In this document: positions 35,772 to 43,424 of the stretch, in pieces
Layout: the number at the start of each line of letters is the position of its first letter
Position numbering within the stretch: the first letter of the stretch is position 1
Source of the DNA: a virus
Taxonomy: Duplodnaviria; Caudoviricetes
Reading direction: 5' to 3' (one strand)
DNA: 43,424 nucleotides
IMG/VR virus record: IMGVR_UViG_3300020045_010099
Location: 1 to 43,424 of that record
Notes under the pieces: generated by a model
Database searches by the model: none
Seen by the model: only the letters and a program-made list of their open reading frames with translations
What the model was told of the DNA's origin: nothing
Translations under genes and position numbers: made by a program

Positions 35772-35915
35772 ATGAACTTATCTCCTGAATTGCAAGAAAT
35801 GTGCGTGCAGGTTATCATCGGTTTGGTTATTACCCTTCCCTTTATCAAGAAGGTGAAAAGCAACGGGCTGGTTCAGTTAGTTTGGAACGTGGTGAAGGGG
35901 CTGGCAAAAAAATGA
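35772..35915 (+). CDS. Small membrane protein, holin-like (47 aa, not in ORF track)
   Basis: MNLSPELQEMCVQVIIGLVITLPFIKKVKSNGLVQLVWNVVKGLAKK; AAGGA SD; ATGA overlap with next gene. Confidence 0.6.
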   Translation: MNLSPELQEMCVQVIIGLVITLPFIKKVKSNGLVQLVWNVVKGLAKK

Positions 35916-36310
35916 TCCATTACCGATCAGGATACAAATACCAACTTTCAAAGCCATACACCTGTTGGATTAAAAAGCCTATTCCGAATGAGGTTGACCA
36001 TGAGTATTTTGCGATCCAGGCAAACGGATTCATGGGAATCAAATCATCTTATGCGTGGGACGGCGCAAGTGGGCCCGCCATTGACACGAAAAACTTTATG
36101 AGAGGATCGTTAATCCATGACGTTCTTTATCAGGCGATTCGTGAAGGACTTTTTCCTAAATCATTTAAGGAAACCGCTGACGAAGTTTTGAGAGACATTT
36201 GCATCGAGGACGGCATGAGCAGAATCAGAGCTACTTGGGTTTATTATGGGGTCCGGTTATGCGGTGGCCCTGCACTTCGACACGACAGAAAGGAATATTC
36301 AGCACCATGA
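35912..36310 (+). CDS. DUF1353 family protein
   Basis: YAWDGASGP...SLIHDVLYQ...AD...YYGVR; start at MIHYRSGYKYQL. Confidence 0.8.
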   Translation: MIHYRSGYKYQLSKPYTCWIKKPIPNEVDHEYFAIQANGFMGIKSSYAWDGASGPAIDTKNFMRGSLIHDVLYQAIREGLFPKSFKETADEVLRDICIEDGMSRIRATWVYYGVRLCGGPALRHDRKEYSAP

Positions 36311-36633
36311 AAAAACTTATTGCAACATTGCTGTTCCTGATTCTGGCTGTTCCGGTATTCGCAGAACCTTTCCTTGTCTGTGACCCTCCGAATCCTGATG
36401 AGCAAGTTTCCAACTATGGAATTTATAAAGATGGTGTTCTGCTTGTAACCGTCCCGAAAGATTCAACCGGGAAACACGGCTTTATTTATGACCTTAAAGA
36501 CGTCACGCCTGGAAAATACGTCTGGACAGCCACGGCAAAAAACGTATGGGGAGAAAGTGAGCAAAGCCACCCTTTCGTGTCACCGTCAAAATCCTCAAGT
36601 CCTGGGAATTTAAACGTGACGGTAAAACCGTAA
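36307..36633 (+). CDS. Secreted FN3/Ig-like protein
   Basis: Signal peptide MKKLIATLLFLILAVPVFA; V.NY.IY...G.Y..TATA.N.WGES..S.P. Confidence 0.7.
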   Translation: MKKLIATLLFLILAVPVFAEPFLVCDPPNPDEQVSNYGIYKDGVLLVTVPKDSTGKHGFIYDLKDVTPGKYVWTATAKNVWGESEQSHPFVSPSKSSSPGNLNVTVKP

Positions 36634-36686
36634 AAATACAGAGGACGCAATGATCATCAAAAAATGGCTGAAGGGGTGGTTTTAAT

Positions 36687-37406
36687 ATGAAATGGTCAGT
36701 AGCACTTTTCGGGCATTATAAACCTAAATATTATCTGGTAGAGAAATCAACCGGAAATATTTTGAATAACTATTTGCTCGACCCTCCTAAAATTAATGTG
36801 GATAAGTATTTTCTTTATGAGGTCAAAGGAAATGAAAAAAGGTGTTTTCCTGGTGACATTGTTGCATGGAAGCCTTTTTCAGATGAGCATAAATGGACTG
36901 AAAAAGAAAGACAAGAGTTCTTAATTATTACAATTGACGGGCCTACTAAAGAACAAATTGTAGCGTTAACAGAACCTTATTGGGACATTGCCTCTTATAA
37001 GGAGTATGCCCCATACAGGACTATAGACGCTTTTGTGGTGGCTAAAACGACGATTATTGAAAAAAGAGACTGTGATAAGTCCTTTGAAATTGATAAATTA
37101 GTTCAAAACAAAGAACGTCTTTATTCCGAGCATTTAATTTCTATGAAGGAGAGGTCAAGATTTCCTCAAGAAATACTTAAAAAAAGAAGGATGGGTTTAT
37201 CCTTCGATGTGCTAGTTGATATGGGTGTAGACTTGCCTGCAATGCTGGACAAAGAAGTTACGTATTCGCCAACACTTCCGGCAATCCCAGTTACTTTTTG
37301 CAATGATAAACTTACGGAGAGACAAGTTGTGACGGAAGACCGGCTAAGAACCATTCAACCCTTATCAGATTCAGAACTGGAATTAAAATGGCCTGTTACA
37401 ACGTAA
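36687..37406 (+). CDS. Hypothetical protein
   Basis: 239 aa ORF preceding a fibre-like gene. Confidence 0.75.
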   Translation: MKWSVALFGHYKPKYYLVEKSTGNILNNYLLDPPKINVDKYFLYEVKGNEKRCFPGDIVAWKPFSDEHKWTEKERQEFLIITIDGPTKEQIVALTEPYWDIASYKEYAPYRTIDAFVVAKTTIIEKRDCDKSFEIDKLVQNKERLYSEHLISMKERSRFPQEILKKRRMGLSFDVLVDMGVDLPAMLDKEVTYSPTLPAIPVTFCNDKLTERQVVTEDRLRTIQPLSDSELELKWPVTT

Positions 37407-38848
37407 GCCCATATACTTGCACATACCATTCAGACGGTGCAGGGTCGTTGCCTGGAGGGGGGAGCCCTGATTATTCGGCTCTTGCGACATGGGAAGGTGC
37501 GTCTGATAATGATTTGACTGGGTACACTGGCAGGGTTATTCTTAATTGTCATTACAAAAATGGTGGGCATAATGATAGTATTGCTTTTTCCGGGGCAACC
37601 GGGTTAAGCTCTACAATATACAGAGTAATTAGGTCCGCCCCGGATGCTTCCGTCCCTTTTGCAGGATCTTATGACACAGGGGCTTATTTTTATAATGATG
37701 GTGTAATAAATGTTATTTACAGGAGTGAGCCCTATTCTGGTTGCGAGAAAATATCTGTTACCAATACGCATGCTTCAGCTTCTGACACCTCTGCGTATGG
37801 GGTTGCTGGTGATGCCTATGTCTACACCAGGACAGTCCATTGCATTGCCTACAACTGCGCAAACAGCGGTGACGGCGAGGCATCTGGATTCAGAAGTGGA
37901 GTGGATACAGGGATGTTTTATGGATGTATCGCAATCGGTTGTGATAGTAATGGTTTTTATCTTGCCACGGACGATACGGGAGCTGAAATCGCCGCTGTTA
38001 TTTGCTGTTCTGCTATTGGAAATACGGGAGTCGGCTTTCGTTCTATCGGGGCATATAATATAGCGTTTTCCTGCTATTCTGGAAATAACGGGGCTGATTT
38101 TACAGACACGGCAAGTGAGTGGGGAGCAGAATCAGATTATAATGTTTCAGGCGACGAAACTGCTGATTTAGGAGGTGAAGGCGGCACTTACGCTAACAAC
38201 GCTGATTATTTTAATGGCGGGGCAGCGGACGCTATGGACGCCAATGGACTTCTAACAGCATCAATTGATGGGGGGAGAAACCCATACAGCGGTGTCTCTG
38301 CAACCTATACATACGATGGTTTTATTTATGATGGAGCGAACACCCCTGACGCACTTTTTGGAAAAAGCATAGAAGGCGACGATAGACCATCATACCTTAC
38401 GGAAAATAATACGTGGGATGTGGGTGCGTCTGAATACGTGGCCCCGGCTGGCGGGACGACGATTTATTCAGATGCGATTTTTAAGTTTGATATGAGATCT
38501 CTTATAAGTAGTGATTTAACTGGTAAGTTTGATATAAGGGCAATTATAACCAGCGATTCAATTTACAAGTACGACCTTCTTAACCAAATCTTTAGTGATA
38601 TAATTGCTAAGTATGATTCCAGAAGTTTAGTAACCAGTGATCTGATTGCAGTTTTTGACCTCTTTAGTTTAGTTCAAAGTGATATGATCGGAAAGTATGA
38701 TGCAAGAGGAGCAATTACTTCTGACTTAATTGCTAAGTATGACCAAGGCGGAATTGTTTATAGTGACTTAACAGGAATTTTTAACATTCTTTCTGGTATG
38801 GTAGCTAGGGGGCTGGGGAGACTGGGCGGCTCGACGAGGATGAACTGA
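37388..38848 (+). CDS. Putative virion appendage: beta-helix domain + eight 14-aa repeats
   Basis: DYSALATWE, C.A.NC repeats, WDVGASEY; C-terminal SDLxxKYD repeats. Confidence 0.65.
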   Translation: MACYNVSPYTCTYHSDGAGSLPGGGSPDYSALATWEGASDNDLTGYTGRVILNCHYKNGGHNDSIAFSGATGLSSTIYRVIRSAPDASVPFAGSYDTGAYFYNDGVINVIYRSEPYSGCEKISVTNTHASASDTSAYGVAGDAYVYTRTVHCIAYNCANSGDGEASGFRSGVDTGMFYGCIAIGCDSNGFYLATDDTGAEIAAVICCSAIGNTGVGFRSIGAYNIAFSCYSGNNGADFTDTASEWGAESDYNVSGDETADLGGEGGTYANNADYFNGGAADAMDANGLLTASIDGGRNPYSGVSATYTYDGFIYDGANTPDALFGKSIEGDDRPSYLTENNTWDVGASEYVAPAGGTTIYSDAIFKFDMRSLISSDLTGKFDIRAIITSDSIYKYDLLNQIFSDIIAKYDSRSLVTSDLIAVFDLFSLVQSDMIGKYDARGAITSDLIAKYDQGGIVYSDLTGIFNILSGMVARGLGRLGGSTRMN

Positions 38849-39069
38849 TGCAAATAAAGGTAATCCATTATGATCCAATTAAAGGCAAAGGTAGTTACTT
38901 AACCAGTGATGGTGAGCAACGCAGTTTTTACTATCATCAATTTTATGAAGAGAAAATGTTTACTGGGGTTGCTGAGTTATATGGTAGTAAGATTTTTAAA
39001 AAGGGCAATCTGTTTTCTCTAATTAAATGGTTCTTTAGGAGACTGAGACATGGCTATCGTAGCAAGTGA
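38848..39069 (+). CDS. Small hypothetical protein (weak cold-shock-domain-like N-terminus)
   Basis: KVIHYDPIKGKGSYLTSDGEQRSFYY. Confidence 0.5.
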   Translation: MQIKVIHYDPIKGKGSYLTSDGEQRSFYYHQFYEEKMFTGVAELYGSKIFKKGNLFSLIKWFFRRLRHGYRSK

Positions 39070-39619
39070 TATTAAGAAATACTTGACTGGAGCAGGATCA
39101 GATGGCGGGGCACAAGCAGATCCTAATGCTTCTTTGGGTGCGTTTAGGTCTTCCACTGAAGTAACAGATGACACTGATAATAATCTGTTTGATGACGTGA
39201 GTGGAGTGGAGTCTGGAGCTGGTGATACTGAGTATAGGTGTATTTGCTTAAAGAATACTCATGGATCATTAGAACTTACGACGGCTAAGATCTTCATGCA
39301 AGATGCTAACATTGGAGCAGGAAACACACTGTCATTTGCAGTTGAAGTGCCTGCTGCTGGTGATGAGACTGATGGAACTGCTCAGGCGGCTGTAGCAAAT
39401 GAAGGAACTGCTCCGACGGTTAACTCAGGCAACGTAAGTAACTGGTCAACTGGAACAGACTTTGCCGGTGGTGTTGCCCTTAACATCAATGCTCATGATG
39501 CGAACTTAGGCGTCGGTGAAATCGTTTACGTGTGGATTAAAAGAGTAATTGGCGCATCGGCTGCTGCGGCTACTGGAGTTAACTTTACAATAAGAATTCA
39601 AGGAGATACTGCTGCTTAG
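39050..39619 (+). CDS. Putative virion structural protein
   Basis: DPNASLG..SST...NNLFDDVSG.E..AGDTEYRC..KN...VWIKR. Confidence 0.7.
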   Translation: MAIVASDIKKYLTGAGSDGGAQADPNASLGAFRSSTEVTDDTDNNLFDDVSGVESGAGDTEYRCICLKNTHGSLELTTAKIFMQDANIGAGNTLSFAVEVPAAGDETDGTAQAAVANEGTAPTVNSGNVSNWSTGTDFAGGVALNINAHDANLGVGEIVYVWIKRVIGASAAAATGVNFTIRIQGDTAA

Positions 39620-39638
39620 CAGTAAGGAGAAGAAAAAA

Positions 39639-39962
39639 ATGGCAAACACGATAACATCTGGTGTTGGAGGAGTAAACATTGTGTTGGATGGATCGACCGC
39701 TTGGAACAGTACTACTCTATTTCCTCACGGGCTTATATTAAACAGTATCTCTTTTGTGCCTACAGCACAGAATGATATTGCTAAAGTGAGGTGCAATGGA
39801 GCATCGTCCAGAATTATGTTTGATGTGAAAGCTTCAGACGCTTTTGACAGCAGAATCAAATATTTTGATAAGTCCCAAGAATTGTATAAGCCATACATTG
39901 TTGGGGATGAGGCATCAGCTGGGGTTACAGTAATTATTGATACTGATACTGATGTTGCGTAA
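39639..39962 (+). CDS. Putative virion protein
   Basis: Beta-rich 107 aa, AAGGAG SD, last gene of the late arm. Confidence 0.6.
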   Translation: MANTITSGVGGVNIVLDGSTAWNSTTLFPHGLILNSISFVPTAQNDIAKVRCNGASSRIMFDVKASDAFDSRIKYFDKSQELYKPYIVGDEASAGVTVIIDTDTDVA

Positions 39963-39964
39963 CT

Positions 39965-39996
39965 TTGTGCTGCAGACTATAGAGTCTGCAGCACAA
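39965..39996. terminator. Hairpin between convergent arms (probable bidirectional terminator)
   Basis: TTGTGCTGCAGACT-ATAG-AGTCTGCAGCACAA perfect 14-bp stem. Confidence 0.75.
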
Positions 39997-40001
39997 TCAC
40001 A

Positions 40002-40244
40002 TTACCGAAACATATTCCTGTGTATTGGGCAGTCCGGATTTGGAACTGGATCAGGATTATGGTTGGTATAACCTGTACAAATGCACGTCATTGAGAGCTT
40101 AAAACAGGTCCCTGGTCCGTTTTCCCAATCCATTTGGCCCTCATGACCAGGGCAGTAATCACGAGGCCATGGTGACGATCCACCATGGTGTGATCCATAT
40201 GTATGACCACAATTTGCACATTTTCTTTTGTAATAGTCTTCCAT
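40002..40244 (-). CDS. Cys/His-rich small protein
   Basis: CANCGH...H...C...C and CIC...DCPIH; AGGAG SD. Confidence 0.7.
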   Translation of the reverse strand: MEDYYKRKCANCGHTYGSHHGGSSPWPRDYCPGHEGQMDWENGPGTCFKLSMTCICTGYTNHNPDPVPNPDCPIHRNMFR

Positions 40245-40259
40245 TTTGTTCTCCTTTTG

Positions 40260-41615
40260 TTAGCGTTTTAAAGCTGTTAATAATGAGTTCTGTGTAGCAT
40301 CTTTCACTGATAAAGCCTTAGCTACTTGTTCATCTATTGTTCCTTTCACTGTTAAATGATTTACTGTAACAGAATGATGGGCTTGACCTTGTCGATATAG
40401 CCGACCATTCAACTGCTTGTAAAGTTCTAAACTCCACGTTAAACAGTACCAAAGAAGTATATGCCCTCCAGCTTGTAGATTTGTACCGTGACCAATACTG
40501 GCTGGATGGCATAGAAGTAACGGTAGGTTCCCCTTGTTCCAACTTCTGATTAAATCAGTCGCCGTTGTGTTGGACACTCCACCTGCAATCACCGGTATAT
40601 CTTTATCAATGTACTTATGAATCATTTTGACTTCAAATTTGAACTGCACTGGGCATAGGATAGGCTGCCCTGCCGACGTTTCAAGCAACTCTTTTAGAGC
40701 TTCTACTTTGAGAGTATGAATTTCTTCGTACCCTCCTTTGGCATCATCTATATACAAAGCTCCTTGTACGAACTGTCGTAGTTTCATACCTATTGCTGCC
40801 GCACTTGTAGACGATGCTACACGATCATCGAACCTCAGTAAGAACTCGTCCTTAAGTTTTTTATACGTTAATATTAACTCAGGGGGTAAAGTGACTGATA
40901 CATTATTGTATATTATATCAGGCATTTTTAAGTAATCAGAAGCCTCTAGTCTATAAGTATTAGGTTTTATAATACGTGTGATAGCTGCGCCGGCTCCAAA
41001 TTTAGGAACTGTTTTATATATCGGGGGCCCACTGTAAATGAAATATTTGGACCTATACGCTCCGTACGTCGGTTCTAATAACTTACCAGCATCAAGCATG
41101 AAATATTGAGGCCACAACTCATGATACCCATTTGGTGCAGGAGTAGCTGACAAACATATTTTGTAATCAGTCCAAAGAGCTCGTAGCTTTTTCAAAGTCT
41201 TAAACCGCATCCTAGATGAATCTTTTAGCATGGAAGACTCGTCTAACACAAGCATTCTCCTTTCCCACTTAGGGCGCAGTCTCATGTAATTCTCAGAGAA
41301 CCATTTCACGGCATCATAGTTTATCAACCATACGTCAGCAGTTGAATGCTGTAATGTGTACGCTTTATCAGGGCCGTGAATTATATCATAGGTGAGGCCT
41401 GGAGCCCATTTTTCAATCTCCTCTGGCCATGTGTTATATATTGGCTTCAATGGAGCCCAGACTATTGCTGGTTGTTTAGTAAGTCTAATAAGCGCTAATG
41501 CTACTAGTGTTTTGCCCATCCCCAAGTCAAGTGCATAATACACCGATTTGTTGACTAGACCAAATCTTATAGCTTTCTTTTGGTAGTCGTGGGCTAATCT
41601 ATTTATGGTTTCCAT
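40260..41615 (-). CDS. SNF2-family helicase
   Basis: HDYQ, LDLGMGKT, INYD, LDESS, SATPAPNG, HPASIGHGTNLQAGG, QLNGRLYRQGQ. Confidence 0.95.
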   Translation of the reverse strand: METINRLAHDYQKKAIRFGLVNKSVYYALDLGMGKTLVALALIRLTKQPAIVWAPLKPIYNTWPEEIEKWAPGLTYDIIHGPDKAYTLQHSTADVWLINYDAVKWFSENYMRLRPKWERRMLVLDESSMLKDSSRMRFKTLKKLRALWTDYKICLSATPAPNGYHELWPQYFMLDAGKLLEPTYGAYRSKYFIYSGPPIYKTVPKFGAGAAITRIIKPNTYRLEASDYLKMPDIIYNNVSVTLPPELILTYKKLKDEFLLRFDDRVASSTSAAAIGMKLRQFVQGALYIDDAKGGYEEIHTLKVEALKELLETSAGQPILCPVQFKFEVKMIHKYIDKDIPVIAGGVSNTTATDLIRSWNKGNLPLLLCHPASIGHGTNLQAGGHILLWYCLTWSLELYKQLNGRLYRQGQAHHSVTVNHLTVKGTIDEQVAKALSVKDATQNSLLTALKR

Positions 41616-41779
41616 ATACTCCTAAGTCGTTTTGAATGATCTATCGTGCTCAGTATTATCGTTTGAGAAAAACATATAGGTTAGTATTAGCCCTCTTAAA
41701 TTTAACGTTTTTAGTCGTTACAGAGGGTTAATACTAACCTAAAGGGCCTTTTAATGTCTTTTTAACGAAATGTCTGAGA

Positions 41780-42037
41780 CTACTCCTCGTCCTCGTCCAA
41801 ACCATTTTTATTTACACCAAAGGAACAAATGTCCTGAGCGTCCATGTACGCCAATACATCTTCATACCGATATAACACACATTTGGTTGTGGGTTTAATG
41901 TGGTCAATGAACCTCAGTTTCCCAGTAACATGATGACTGCGCAGGTCTCTGATACGAGAACCATCCACATTCAGCAATGCTGCAACCTCGGACTCCGTTA
42001 AAAAGCTTGCTCTTATCTTATTAAATGCCGATTCCAT
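41780..42037 (-). CDS. Excisionase/MerR-like HTH protein
   Basis: FLTESEVAALLNV...R..VLYRYEDVLAYM. Confidence 0.7.
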   Translation of the reverse strand: MESAFNKIRASFLTESEVAALLNVDGSRIRDLRSHHVTGKLRFIDHIKPTTKCVLYRYEDVLAYMDAQDICSFGVNKNGLDEDEE

Positions 42038-42043
42038 TAGATC

Positions 42044-42190
42044 TTATCCTTTCCGTATGGTTTTGAATATATAAAATAGGGTATCAACTATAAAATCAGC
42101 CGCCAACAGTACTAGCCTAATTGCACCAATTAAAGCAATTATCGCTAGAATGGTCATACCTAAGTACATGAAAAACATTAAAATGCCCAT
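42044..42190 (-). CDS. Small membrane protein (48 aa, not in ORF track)
   Basis: MGILMFFMYLGMTILAIIALIGAIRLVLLAADFIVDTLFYIFKTIRKG; GGAGG SD. Confidence 0.6.
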   Translation of the reverse strand: MGILMFFMYLGMTILAIIALIGAIRLVLLAADFIVDTLFYIFKTIRKG

Positions 42191-43383
42191 TAGCTTTTAT
42201 CCTCCCGTATACCCAGAAAAGAAGCATGCCTCATGTTGCCATCAGTTGTCTCTTCCATAAAGTCAACTTCTATAACTTTACCCACGATCATAGAAGGGGC
42301 CTCCCAAAAGTCAGACCTTTCTTTATCAGAAAAGCCACTTCCAACTTTATTTGACTGTTCATTGTAGTTGACGTAGACTCCGCCGAGCATATTTATGTAC
42401 TTACCTGTTCCCTCATATACCCCTGTTACACGTAAATCAACGGTTTCCCTGGGCTTTAGTTTCATCCAAGAATACGATCTTGTACCAACATACTCATAAT
42501 CTATTGGTTTTACTACAGCCCCTTCATACCCCTTCGTCCTGCACAGTGCGTAGTACTTCATAAGCTCATCTTGTGAGTTCACTATTCTGTGTGGTACATA
42601 ATTTACCGAAGGGCACAACGCAGCCAAGTCTTTGATTATTGATAGTCTATCTTTAAAAGGAACCTCAAGATCTGGAATATCAAAAACGTTGAAGACTGCA
42701 TTAGGAGTAGGTGAATCATTCCGTATGAGTCCTGACGACTTCTGAAAAGACAGTCCAGGAATTGTCAATTCACCATCAAGTTCATAATTAAGAGCATTGA
42801 TCTCTTCCAAGATGTGGCCAAGGCCGAGGTACTCCATACCATTGCGGGATAAAATTTTAGTACCTCTTTTGGTGCCCCGCACTCCGTCAATTTTTGGAGA
42901 TGCGTAACACGGAAATCTTACCCGGCCCTCCTCAAATAACTTGGCGAGCATGACATCATTTGTAGGTATTAAGCCCTTGAATACCTTGTTGATTGACTTT
43001 GCAGCCAGACCAATTCTCAAGTCCTTATCCAAGATCATCAACAGCAGTATCCTAGAATCATCAGACAATCTAGCCAATTCCCTTTTAGCTGCATTAATTG
43101 CATCTGCTCCACTGAGGTTTCTTTGGGATAGATTTTTTAACATCTCCCATGTGTCAGCTGAGAATACCCCTGACCGGCCCCCGTTAAAAGAATGGATAAG
43201 TTGCTTTGATGTCATGTAATACATTGTGTATGGGTCATATGCAGCTTTTAAATATACCTTAAGCCCTGGGTACTTTTTCAATTCAAGCTGTTTAGAATTA
43301 CCACTTAATAATGAAACCCTTGTTAGTGCTGCCATAGCTGAGTTACTATTTAACTCATAGTCATTTTCGATTGTGCCAGCCAT
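42190..43383 (-). CDS. ATP-dependent DNA ligase
   Basis: VMLA, SPKIDGVRG (KxDGxR), LDGEL, VFDI, GYEGAVVK, WMKLKP, KVGSGFSD, MRHASF. Confidence 0.95.
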   Translation of the reverse strand: MAGTIENDYELNSNSAMAALTRVSLLSGNSKQLELKKYPGLKVYLKAAYDPYTMYYMTSKQLIHSFNGGRSGVFSADTWEMLKNLSQRNLSGADAINAAKRELARLSDDSRILLLMILDKDLRIGLAAKSINKVFKGLIPTNDVMLAKLFEEGRVRFPCYASPKIDGVRGTKRGTKILSRNGMEYLGLGHILEEINALNYELDGELTIPGLSFQKSSGLIRNDSPTPNAVFNVFDIPDLEVPFKDRLSIIKDLAALCPSVNYVPHRIVNSQDELMKYYALCRTKGYEGAVVKPIDYEYVGTRSYSWMKLKPRETVDLRVTGVYEGTGKYINMLGGVYVNYNEQSNKVGSGFSDKERSDFWEAPSMIVGKVIEVDFMEETTDGNMRHASFLGIREDKS

Positions 43384-43424
43384 TAGTCCTCCTTTTCCAT
43401 CAGCTCCAAAAAACTATTTACGCC
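43304..43424. repeat. Terminal direct repeat copy 2
   Basis: Identical to 1-121. Confidence 0.95.

Noticed and set aside
35801-35911. N-terminal extensions of the 35801..36310 and 36199..36633 ORFs
   Set aside because: Better starts exist at 35912 and 36307 via ATGA overlaps; the upstream part is occupied by other genes
1-43424. Stop-codon reassignment, introns/inteins, DGR or tRNA genes
   Set aside because: Core genes are intact and of normal length in the standard code; no reverse transcriptase, template/variable repeat pair or cloverleaf was seen by eye

Overview
The window is a complete, circularly assembled dsDNA phage genome of about 43.3 kb. Bases 1-121 are repeated exactly at 43304-43424, most likely an assembly overlap. 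The minus-strand early/replication arm encodes an ATP-dependent ligase, SNF2 helicase, VRR-NUC nuclease, family A DNA polymerase, DUF2815 SSB, DUF2800 nuclease, AEP-PriCT-VirE primase/helicase, DHH phosphoesterase and a thymidylate module (dimeric dUTPase, dCMP deaminase, divergent ThyX, DUF3310-like protein). The plus-strand late arm is a P22-like podovirus morphogenesis set (terminase, portal, scaffold, coat, gp4/gp10-like tail proteins, three ejection proteins, tailspike), followed by a mosaic lysis/accessory region. I see no integrase, tRNA or CRISPR array. The most unusual part is the ~2.5 kb control region between the divergent arms (12.3-14.9 kb). It holds a winged-helix gene behind a sigma54-type promoter with interleaved IHF-consensus sites and 16-bp palindromic enhancer-like boxes, plus three distinct tandem repeat arrays (97, 37 and 78 bp). 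Other notable items are a paralogous second wHTH with the same recognition helix, a cupin-SET domain fusion in the virion module, two related long hairpin leaders, a ThyX with altered active-site motifs, and repeat-delimited gene cassettes downstream of an apparently truncated endolysin. All family assignments are from motif recognition by eye; no searches were run.
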